DNA of 63,717 nt, counting the filler, from Parasitella parasitica NRRL 2501 (Eukaryota > Fungi > Mucoromycota): NCBI GenBank assembly GCA_025201805.1. It is 7 parts of 7 records of this genome, joined end to end, with 100 filler letters (N's around TTAATTAATTAA, not from the genome) between each part and the next. Parts side by side here need not be neighbours in the genome. Positions count along the whole stretch, not along the records: positions 52,057 to 58,563 come from MU619479.1; positions 58,664 to 61,852 come from MU619541.1; positions 61,953 to 63,717 come from MU619608.1; 4 more parts are not named here. One strand, 5' to 3'. The notes under the pieces were generated by a model. The model saw nothing but the letters and a program-made list of their open reading frames with translations. It did not search any database and was not told the DNA's origin. The translations under genes were made by a program, and so were the position numbers. This document shows, piece by piece, positions 53,150 through 63,717 of the stretch. Every line of letters begins with the position of its first letter. The stretch's first letter is position 1.

Positions 53150-53732
53150 CTTTTGTTAGTAACGAAGCTGCTAGGTTTTTAAGGCTACTGATTGGATCAG
53201 ACACCAACAATATAAAAGTAACCTACAGCCACCCCTTGTTGCTATGTTTATTATTTCCATACTTGTTCACGAATGGAAAAGGGTTCTACTCTTTAAAAAA
53301 GCGTAGCGAAAAACTATTCCAACATTCCTACATACCAAAAGAAACGGATTTGGCAAGTTACAACAATATAACACTGAGAGAATTTTCAAAGATGTTGCTA
53401 TTAGGCAAAGACAGACGTTTTGCAAAAGATCCTTCTTTTATTTTTATTCTTCTAGACATTATCGAAAAGCAAACGATATTTTCATATAACCGTAGAGTAA
53501 TACAACTATATGGAACCACCAACTACAAGGCCAAAGATATCCGTGTATTCGATGTGAATAGAGGTAAGACAGTGATCAATACAAGAAAAACATCTGTAGT
53601 TCCTTTAACATTACGATCGTCAACATCGTACAAAAAAAAAATGTATCTCGATTTGGCCACAATGTTTGACAATTACGGAGAACCAACTGTAAGTTTTCGT
53701 AAAAACAACATTGCTGTATAAACATGACATGA

Positions 53733-53812
<80 letters not shown>

Positions 53813-55685
53813 TATTCCTTACCATTACCTGCGCTGATTTCAGTTCTGAATACAAAGCTGCCACTAATTGCGAAAAACCTTGGGAAGATCCTGTTCTTTT
53901 TTCCCTTCACTTTAAACGAAAATTCCAACATTTTTTCCACAGGAGCATCTTAAAGGTAATTCACAACAACGATCTTAAAATTACTGCATTATAACCTTAT
54001 TATATACTTTAGAACTTTCCAACTATTGTGGGACCAATTAAGCATTACGCTTGGGTACTTGAAGTGCAAGATAGAGGTTCCCCACATATCCATGCCATTT
54101 TATGGACTGAGCGAAAAGCGGAAACATTGCTAGCTGATAACGTTGTAATTGCAACGTTACCTTCAATACACGACCCTTACTACGAAACAGTTGCTCGTTT
54201 ACAAACACATACCTGTTCAAATTACTGTCTCAGAGGTAATATCAGTAGCCAACACAGTAAAAAATCATGTCGATTCGGTTTTCCTTTTGACGAATGTGAT
54301 ACACCTCACAAAGAAGGTAATCGTTTCAAATATAAACGTGGTAGAAACGCAGCATTTATTAACAGCTATAATCCACTCCTTTTGCGTATACTGGAGGTAA
54401 TTGCAACTATAATGTAACTCTATTCATTATTCTCATATATTTATCCCAGACACATATGGACATGCAATTAAACGCTGGCAGACAAGCTCTTTATTATCTC
54501 TGCAAATACATGACAAAACTAGACAATCAAACAAAAGTCTTTATGAACACAGCCAACAACAATATGGATCTTATAGATGTTCATTTAAAAACTAGAGTTA
54601 TTGGAGCAGTGGAAGCAGTATACCATATAATGGGATGGCATATTAAAAGGTTTTCAACAAAAGTCATTTATATCAATACAAACATGCCGAATTATGATCG
54701 CCGCCAACTGATTGACACAATAATGGAAGTAGACGATGAAGAGGAAAACATATTTGTGCCTTCACAAATCGAGAAATATGAAAAACGAAACAAATGTCTT
54801 GACTTTTTAACACTTCCACAATACTACACATACTATAGAATAATTTATAAAAAACCACCATCTTGGGAAGAAGGATACGAAGAGTTTGATTATGTGTCTG
54901 AAGATGATGATGATGCAGATGAAGAAGAAGAATCTCAAGGTGAGTTTTTAGTCACAAGACATTTATTCATTTCCCTGCGACTAATACTATTCAAGACTCG
55001 AATGCACAGCAAAGTAGATACAGACAACGAAATGCTACAGTTAGTATTGCTTCACTTGAAGATGCTATGGGAGATACAGTCCAACGCCGATTACCAGTAA
55101 CAATCAGAGACGGCTATGGCAAAACATGGACACTTCGCAAAAGCAAAGCAATCCCACTTTACCGCACAAGAAAACTTACAGTATCACATGGCGAAGCATT
55201 TTTTTATCAACAAATAGTGCTATACTACCCATCTACCAAATTTGATGACCTCAAAGCAATCAATGAAAACTGGCTAGGTAAATGCTAAAATCTTACAATT
55301 TATAATGTCATTACAAAAATTATATAATGACACTTTAACATATATATATATATAGATGTGTATAAACGCTTAGTCGCAACAAATAATATGCAACCAAGAA
55401 TACCAGAAAGTTTTTATTCAGGGGATCTCTCAACAAATGAAGATGATGCGCTAGTTAACGATTTAGATATACAACATATGCTTGAATCATTGAATATAAT
55501 ACAATACGAAATCTTTTCTAATTTGCTAATCAATATAAGGCATGGAACACCGTCAATAGTCCTCGGAGGAGCTGGAACAGGAAAATCATATCTGTTGAAA
55601 CTTTTATATTTACATTTTAAAAAAGAAGGATACAAGGTAAACACTTTTGAACAAACAAAAAAAAAAAAAACTAACNNNNNNNNNN

Positions 55686-55777
<92 letters not shown>

Positions 55778-56231
55778 TAAAGAAATTAGCTCCAACTGGT
55801 ATTGCAGCATACAACATTGGTGGTGCAACCTATCACTCTTTTTTTGGAATAGATACAGCTACTTCCTCTGTAAACTTGACAAAACTCGATATGGAAGTTA
55901 AAGACCCTAGGCCACTGTTATTATTAATTGATGAATGCTCAATGATATCGGAGCACATGGTGAATACCATTGATATCTCGTTAAGGACAGCTACTAATTG
56001 TTCAAACATATTCGGTAACATCCCTGTTGTGTTTTTTGGAGACTTTGGACAATTAAGACCAATAGAATCAAATGCCACTTCATTTTTTAAAAGCTTCCTA
56101 TACTCCAATTGTTTTACATACAAACTCTTAGTAAACCAAAGACAGGTAGATGAGCAGTACATCAAAATTTTGAACAAAGTCAGAGAAAACAACATTGACA
56201 AAGAAGTTTACAAGTATGTCCACCATCATAG

Positions 56232-56321
<90 letters not shown>

Positions 56322-57011
56322 AAATCTCCCAATTACAAGAACTGATCCAATTTTTCCAACAGCTTTATAAAATCAAAAACTGTCAAAATTGAATCTATTC
56401 CTGTAACATCTCTTAAACTATTTATGACTAACGAGGAAGTAAAAAGGGAAAATTTTGTCATGCTTCGAAGAATATTTATACAACAAAATATTACAATTCG
56501 CTTATTCCAATCAATGGACTACGTCTCTGGTGAAGAAAAAAGAAAAGCAAAAACGCTCCTTGACAAAACACTCCTTGTAGAAAAACTAGAAATTGGCATT
56601 GGTTGTAGAGTAATGCTTTTACAAAATCTCAATATTCAAAACGGCTGGGTAAACGGTACATTAGCTGAAATAACCAACATCAGGGGAGACTACATAGAAA
56701 TTAAGCGTAATGAGGATGGTATGACTTGCAAAGTCGAGAGAATAACTAGAACTATACCAGATACATCATACTCAAGAACACAATTCCCCTTGAGACTCGC
56801 TTTTGCTTCAACTATTGCAAAAGTACAAAGCTTAACACTACAATCTGTTGCTATCTCTGCTAAATCATTTGATACCCATGGTACGTTATACGTAGCAATG
56901 TCAAGAGTAAAAACTGCAAACGATGTCCAATTTTTTGGTTACGATCCCGCACGCCACACAATCTCAATTACAGCAGATAAAGAATGCTTAGATTTTATCA
57001 AAGATCAATAG
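52253..57011 (+). mobile_element. Helentron/Helitron2-type Rep-helicase (HUH Y2 endonuclease plus Pif1 helicase), about 9 introns
   Basis: Rep motifs PT|IFLTITCAD, EVQDRGSPHIHAILW (GSPH, Helentron-type) and YLCKYMTK. Pif1 motifs GGAGTGKS, LAPTGIAAYNIGGATYHS, IDECSM, FGDFGQLRP, RTQFPLRLAFASTI and LYVAMSRV. Confidence 0.95.
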
Positions 57012-57086
57012 CAACAGAAATTCACAATCAATATTCATTTTTATTTTTACAACTCAAACATTTTCTCGCTACAGCGCAATACAAAT

Positions 57087-57929
57087 TTATACCAAAGAAA
57101 GAGCAAAATGACTAAAACCGCTATTAAAAAGGATAATTGACGTTAGTAAAAAACAAAAACCCAAAACTTTGCTTGAAATAAACATACCTTTCCACCATTT
57201 CTTCCGTATACCAATGTGCATTGTCTGGCAACATATAAACAGCCGCACCGTGAAAGTAAATCTCTTCCAAATTAATACAATCTTTTGCTTTCTTTATACC
57301 GACGGGAACAAAAAGGCGCAGCGTGTTGAAGCCAAGAAAGACCACCTTTTTTGGCTTTTTCAGAGTTATCTCTATCTCGACAGCCGTTGCACAATCCTTC
57401 TGGTACTGAGCAGAAGTGTTTCGGAAACTCCTATCAGGGATTACTGTTGTAAATCCCCAATTTTTGTATTCCATTACCTCCATGAAATTATCTTTTGTAG
57501 GAACAAAATCCAACAAACCTACACCATCAAATATTACATAAATAAATTAAATTACAATACACAGTTTTTCATACCGGCTTCAACCAAATTCCTCCAAAAT
57601 TCGGTTCTTTGCTGGAAATAATACGTAGAATATCGTTTTGATGGATGCGACATTTGGACAAATAGCACATCCAAATTATCAGGAAAGAAGCCTTCCATTG
57701 TTGCATTTCCGATTTCCTTCAACACTCTGGAGCATTCCCTGCTACTTTCATTTATCCTAGGCTTTGATAATGATTGTTTCACAGTAACACATAAAGACTT
57801 CATTCCTTCCAGCATCTTGTTCACACCGTCTTCAATGTTAATCAATCTTCCATAAACATCTGGTGTTTCCTCGACCTTAACGGCGTCGGCGGAATGTTTG
57901 CTTTCATTATCACTATCTCGATCTGACAT
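57087..57929 (-). CDS. Divergent MUG/TDG-family (UDG superfamily) DNA-glycosylase-fold protein, about 239 aa, 3 exons
   Basis: Exons 57929-57575, 57518-57188 and 57120-57087 (GT-AG introns, 720 nt in frame). NLDVLFV, FWRNLVEAGL, WGFTTVIPDR, KPKKVVFLG and VYMLP appear in the same order as TDG/MUG NLDIVIIG, FWKCLFMSGL, IGFTNMVER, QPRIAVFNG and CYVMP. Confidence 0.72.
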
Positions 57930-58120
57930 TTCAGTATAATTTTCTTCCTCCTCTATCCTTCAACCCCTCAATTATATATACAGAAAACACATTTGAAATT
58001 TTTAATGACCACAATTAAAAGACAATTAACCAACTTTTTTTTCTTTTCTTTATTTTTCCTTCTTATTCTCTGTTCTTCTGTCGCATTGAATAAAAAGTAC
58101 AAAGTTTTTTTTTTAAAAAT

Positions 58121-58563
58121 ATGGCATCCATACATGAAATAACAACAGGTGTCATACATTCATCTGAGATCCAACGAATACTTGATCAGCCTACAATCCA
58201 TGAAAACTTTCAAGTTGTCGTCTTTGTACAAAGCGAGTAAAGAAAATAAGACCAATATTTATCACATGCATAGACAACATTTAACAATGGTAAATTTTCT
58301 ATAGAGTAAGACTTTTTACCATCACGCAAACAACTTGCGTTGAAAGAGTAATTCAGCCAATAACCAGTACATGGTATTGGGCAACCATAGTGACCATCTT
58401 ACGCAACAAATATGATCATACATCATATTCCTTGTCGATTTCAATCAGCAATCTTGAACCTACACCCCCCCTTATGTGCCGCTTACGTACAATCGTTCCC
58501 AAAAAGGAATTAGTCGTCGACATCAATGATCCCAAACTATTAAAACGTCTACATAACATGGAA
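58121..58563 (+). CDS. Hypothetical protein divergent from the glycosylase-like gene, cut by gap
   Basis: Start context AAAATATGG. Exon MASIHEITT..VFVQS joins through a putative intron 58237-58304 (GTAAAG...CTATAG) to a frame that stays open to the gap. Confidence 0.45.
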
Positions 58564-58663
58564 NNNNNNNNNNNNNNNNNNNNNNNNNNNNNNNNNNNNN
58601 NNNNNNNTTAATTAATTAANNNNNNNNNNNNNNNNNNNNNNNNNNNNNNNNNNNNNNNNNNNN

Positions 58664-58683
58664 TTTCTCATTCTGATAAATCA
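58664..58683 (-). mobile_element. 5' tip of LTR-like family A at contig edge
   Basis: TTTCTCATTCTGATAAATCA is identical to 29600-29619. Confidence 0.6.
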
Positions 58684-58921
58684 ATCAGAGTTTGCGCTTT
58701 TTCTTTTTTTTTTTTGTGTGGAAACATCTTTTCCTTCAAAGAGATTTGAAATAACGAACGTGATACTGCCACTTGGGCTATTGTTTTAGAAGTAAGTCTG
58801 CTAAAAAATGGTGGCCCTAATTACAGAGAAACAGATGCCAACTATTTACACTCATGAAAATAGTCAGAAAGAAATTCAAGCCGATTTTCAAATTTAAAGG
58901 GAAAGTTATGTATATTTTATA

Positions 58922-61466
58922 CTATAAATTACTAATCAAACCTGCTGTTGAAGCTAGGCTCTCTTTGAATGGCTTTGATGATGTTACTTTGTATCGATTT
59001 ACTTGTGTGGATTTTAAGAGACTGACGCTGGAAGTGATATCACCAATTCGAAGGATCGCACATTTCTTTGGCATATTGGAAAACTTCACAAAAGGGATTG
59101 TTGGGTCATAGTTAGCGACTTTGTTTTCCTCAGCCATTTTAATGGCGACCAAAAGATGAGGGATATCATTGAGAGAGTGTGTGAAAAAAAAACAAGATGG
59201 ATCCCACATACAGGCTTACCAATGGTTCACCGCGCTTGCTATGCATAAAAAAAAGGTAAGTACACGTATACCTTTTTTTTACATTGCATATTACTTACTT
59301 GGTTCTATGTGTAGCTTTAAATATGATGAACGTGTTGTTGCCACGGTGTTCATTGATTTTATTGGCATACAATTGGGATTTCCATATTGTTTTATCGTTC
59401 TCCCAGACTCTACATCCCAGCATCATCATCCCATGGCTTTCCACATCCGGATCAACACAGCCATCCACCAGCATCTGATCGTTACAGGATACATTGATGG
59501 CACGAAGATAGAAATTACGAAGAGCAGATAAAAACTTTGATTTTCCTATTTCGAGTGGAAGATGATAAAAATCTGAACAATATATTGGTTCCCACAGCTG
59601 CAGCATTTGTTCTTTATCTGGACAGAATACATCCCGAAATGATTTGGCACAGTAGGAACGAGGAGCAAGCATATCAAGCGTGCCAAAGAATGAATCATCG
59701 AGCAAGTTGGCAATATACGAACGAACAGCAAGTCGTTCCAGCACCTTTGTTGCATTTTCCCCAACATTGCTCTTACTTTTGATCAGCTTCTTGTATCTGC
59801 CGATAGCTCGCTCTTGGGAGTAGCAACTGTATGCGGGCATGCAGCCATTCATTTGGATTGATTCGTGGACGTGAAGCAGATAGTGTTGTGTACGCCTCAT
59901 CACACCAGGCTTGATATGCTTTGATGCCGCGACCAATTTTCCAGCCTCAATAAGGGCCTTTCTGTCAATCCAAAATGGAAAAGCCTCGTGTGACATGTAC
60001 TCAAGATTGTTCATGGTAAACATAAACTTTGGTGCCTTGTTTGTGTCCTTGTTGAGTGAAACAGTGATCAAATCGTATACAGCCTTAGAAATGTTATGTT
60101 CAATCAAATGCATCGAGTCAAGCAACACAAAATAAGGGGAGTTCAATGTTACAAGGTCAGAAAACACTGCTTTTGATTAGATACCTAAATGCTACATATT
60201 GGAATGATTTAATAGAAAATTAGCCATTTTTTCATAACTTTACTCATTATTCATACTTACGTTTGCAGGATCTGGATGTTTAGAATCGTTGATATGCCTA
60301 TCAGCTGCGGTACGCTCAAGAAAACATGTGTGGTGATTGACGTTTGTAGTTTCCGTTCGACAGATGCGACATTCATATTTAGAGTTGAAGCCAAAATGAT
60401 TACAGAGCTATATAAGGTGTGTTAGTTTTTCATGAACTCACAACACATTGAGTAATAGTTATACAATAAACTTACGTCCACAGCGGCAGGCAAATCACCA
60501 CCAGCAATTAAAATACACACATGACTCAAGCAGACTCTCATGTCGTTCTTCATTATAACCAGGCCGTGTTGTGCCAATTTGTCGGCTTCCTTCATTATGG
60601 GCTCTAGAAAGGTTTCAATCATAGGATTGTTTGGCCCAGGAATTATACCAATCTGGCGAGTGTATTCATCCTTTTATCGAATTTGCGGATCCAAGTGGTA
60701 ATTGATCAGATGAAGGATGCACATCTTTGCAGATTGATTCAACTTTGTTGCCGTGAACCCATCAATGAAAAGCCCAAACGCAACGTCAGTAGAATTGGTG
60801 AAGCAGCCACCTTCAAGAAAAGTCTTGTAGCGTTCACCATTATATATATATCAGAATAGCCATCCGGGTTGTATTCATACTGATGTCGGTAATTCATCAG
60901 CTCTCTTGTTGCGTCATTAGCCAGTATCAATGAAACGACCTTGGTCAATGTAAACATCTTCATCTGTCTAACTGGGGTAATTCCATCAGCTTTATATTGC
61001 GGCTCTTTGCAATCTTGATTGGCGCAAAAAAGATCAGCAAGTGCCATAAAATATACATACAAACAGCTCATCTATTAGGGCTTACCTTGATGGCGGTGTT
61101 TAACGGTGTTATGCTTCAATAGAGATCTAAAGAGATACAGACTCTCTCTAACTGCTTCTCTGAAAATCCCATATGTGTCTGTTATATTGGCATACTTGGT
61201 TGAAAACAGCTCGGTTTGAGTGTAACTTCGTCAGATGGCACCTGGCATACAATGGCTTGTGATTGTTGATTTTGATCTGCTTTTTAAGAGAGGGAAGTTA
61301 GAAAATTAGTTATTTTACAAGCATTATACATAATTACTGACTTTTGGGACTTAGCACGATGCTTGGCTTTTTCTTGGTGGATTTCGTCGGTAATGATTCT
61401 TTCGATTTTGCTTACATGGAAAGTACGGTTACAGCCTCTTTGGTAAGGATACGATACAGGGGGCAT
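58922..61466 (-). pseudogene. Decayed CACTA/EnSpm-like (CMC superfamily) transposase
   Basis: SDIY.GERY, GLFIDGF, GIIPGP, FLEPI, GDLPA, CRIC, LDSMHL and HYLLH..NG...YSCYSQERAIG..K. It has a frameshift near 60840, an in-frame stop near 60675 and an apparent internal deletion near 59910. Confidence 0.82.
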
Positions 61467-63717
61467 AGTTAAAATAAGAGAGTATTTTGATAGAATAAAA
61501 TGAAAGAAAGTGATGCAAAACTAAAGTCGCTCTACTTACATGTGTATGTTTTGTGATTTGTTTTTTATGCAAATGTTTTGAGAGAAAATGTATTTTTTTT
61601 TTTTGATCTGGCCATCAAAATTTCTATATAGTTGGATAGAAAATAATCATACAAAACAAATCTACGGCTTTATAAAAATTGAGTATCGGTTAGAAATCAG
61701 CTTAGACATATTTTCTATACACAAATACTGTTAATAATACATTCAAGATGACTAGCAGAAGAGTAAATCACGCCAACGCCATGTCTCATAAGACTAATTT
61801 GGAAAAGTTAATGGAGGAGCACAAGAAGACTCAATGTCTGCTCAGGGATGTTNNNNNNNNNNNNNNNNNNNNNNNNNNNNNNNNNNNNNNNNNNNNTTAA
61901 TTAATTAANNNNNNNNNNNNNNNNNNNNNNNNNNNNNNNNNNNNNNNNNNNNTAATGTACTCTTGATCCATCATTTACATATTATTTTACTTTATCCCTT
62001 CATCCAATATTGCCATCTTCGTTTTCCTACTCTTAAAATCAGCATTTCCCAACAAAAAATTGAGTCCAACATGATGTTTTTACCCACATACCTTGTCCAT
62101 CTTTTTTTTTTTTACGATTTGCAATAAATCCACAATCTACTCACAGATGTTGAATTTTAGCGGCTAAAGCTTTCGGATGATTAGATGTTGCATAAATTTG
62201 CTGTAATTGATATGCCTTTATAGCTTTTTTTTTGTTGAATTTTGGTTGCAAACAGGTTACGAATACCGTTAAAATGCCCCGCGTGAGAAATGATTTTGTT
62301 GTTTATCGCGATAATAACCTACCAATAAATCGACAACTAAAATTGAATTCGCGTTTATAATTTGAATTGATTGATTTTCATCTGCTTTTGTTGTTGCATC
62401 AGTAATTAGTAGTAGTATTGGGTTTGATATAAAAAGAAGAGAACAAAAGAGAAACGTAAACTGATAAAAAGTTTTTTTTCACTGTTTATATTGAGCTGTG
62501 TCACATACCAAAACCAGTGCAACGGAACATTTGCCGTATCTGTAGTGCCTAACTTTAGCTGAACAACAAGAAAAACGAAATGCATTGTATCAACAATGAA
62601 AACCTTAATGCTTTTCTTTTCAAAATGCATATACATTTCATCTTTTCTTTAAAGAAAGTATACGTTCTACTTTTATTCCATTTAAATGCTCCAAATGTAA
62701 ATTAAATATTGTCTTTCTTGTAGTTTTTTTGCTCACACATTACCCTTGTTTTTAATATGTTTTTGATGTTATTTTTTTACCCTGTATGTTGGGATATAGA
62801 GAAACAACTGCTACCTAAAACTAACAAATGCACAAATGAATTCGTATCATTCAATATTAATTCGATGAATAAATTGATGCTTCACTTTTTATCTCCAAAT
62901 AGCAATTCGTGTATGCTCGAAGTGTGTATTTGATTAAAGAAATCGTTTTAACGCATATTGACAAAAGATATTGAGTTACAAGTCTTTTGTACATACAACA
63001 TATTCACGTTTGTCTCAATATATATTTCTTGATTTTGAATTCAAATAGCCATATTTTCTCAAAGATTTTTTATTTCTTCACGCAAATGCTGAAATACACA
63101 ACATGCGTAACAAAACAGCACAGCATATCAAGTACAGTTCACAAGCACAACAATTTTCGGCATGTTTTTTATTTCTCTTTCTTTTCAACATATTTTAAAG
63201 ACAATAAATGTAACTCCAAAGATAAATAAATTAGTGGCTACATGCTATGGACCATGTATGAATGGTCCAAGAAGGTATAATGTTATGAAAGGCACTTTTT
63301 AGCGCCATTAACAATCTAGTCAGTATTTTTTATATGGCCATGTTGCAAAAGTGCTTAATTCATCATCAGGCATTCAAGACAATCACTGAAAATTAAAAAA
63401 GTGATCGCTTTATCACAGCTTACTCAAAGCTATCACCGAAAACAAATGTGCATCTTAGATTAGCTTTTGAGATTAGCACGCGGCGTCTATAAATACTGCA
63501 CTCTTTGCTTTTCCTTTTTTTTTTCTCTTTACTGATATCAAATCTGGTTAGTGTTTTGTATATCATAGCATGTTATGTTCCGTTGTTTTTATTCAAAAGG
63601 TGCTATTTCCATTGTAGATTTCGCTAATTTGTATACTTTTAATGATGGTAAGCCGCTTTCTTTTTTTTAATAATGTAATCGAGGCTAAATTTTGCTTTCT
63701 GAATACAGTATCAAAGT

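Noticed and set aside
58470-58555. Minus-strand peptide VDVLIVWDH*CRRLIPFWERLYVSG resembling a second glycosylase copy
   Set aside because: It is short, contains a stop, has no convincing downstream motifs and overlaps a longer open + strand frame. Probably coincidence, though not fully excluded.
1-63717. CRISPR arrays, rRNA genes, prokaryotic operons
   Set aside because: No regularly spaced repeat-spacer pattern or rRNA-like sequence, and the genes have spliceosomal introns.

Overview
AT-rich eukaryotic DNA with short GT-AG introns; gene content and repeat families point to a mucoralean fungus (inference). The window is a pseudo-scaffold. Six 100-bp spacers (N44-TTAATTAATTAA-N44) join contigs, so adjacency across them is unproven. 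The first 22.6 kb is ordinary gene-dense sequence: a multi-pass membrane protein, condensin kleisin Brn1/CAP-H, a bZIP factor, a SulP sulfate permease, Atg10, a secreted protein, threonine aldolase, a PH/SMP (Nvj2-like) protein, Hap5/NF-YC and glyoxylate reductase. From 22.7 to 31 kb is a transposon graveyard: solo LTRs, a ~335-bp tandem repeat, a 761-bp foldback MITE, a DD34E Tc1 transposase and a probable frameshifted Fanzor-like N-terminus. From 31.7 to 51.6 kb lie an HSL-family esterase, a DUF3020 protein, an SR splicing factor, mitoribosomal mS37, a secreted knottin-type peptide, a CBS/Sds23-like protein, a WWE-like microprotein, a chitin synthase and tRNA-Ile(AAT). The most striking part is contig 52057-58563. 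It carries an apparently intact, intron-rich Helentron/Helitron2-type Rep-Pif1 gene. Tail-to-tail with it, 75 bp away, is a three-exon gene for a divergent MUG/TDG-family DNA-glycosylase-fold protein lacking the canonical GINPG motif, followed by a divergently transcribed third ORF. This is a candidate rolling-circle transposon carrying a DNA-repair or anti-silencing module. A decayed CACTA-like transposase follows. All family assignments come from motif recognition by eye; no searches were run.
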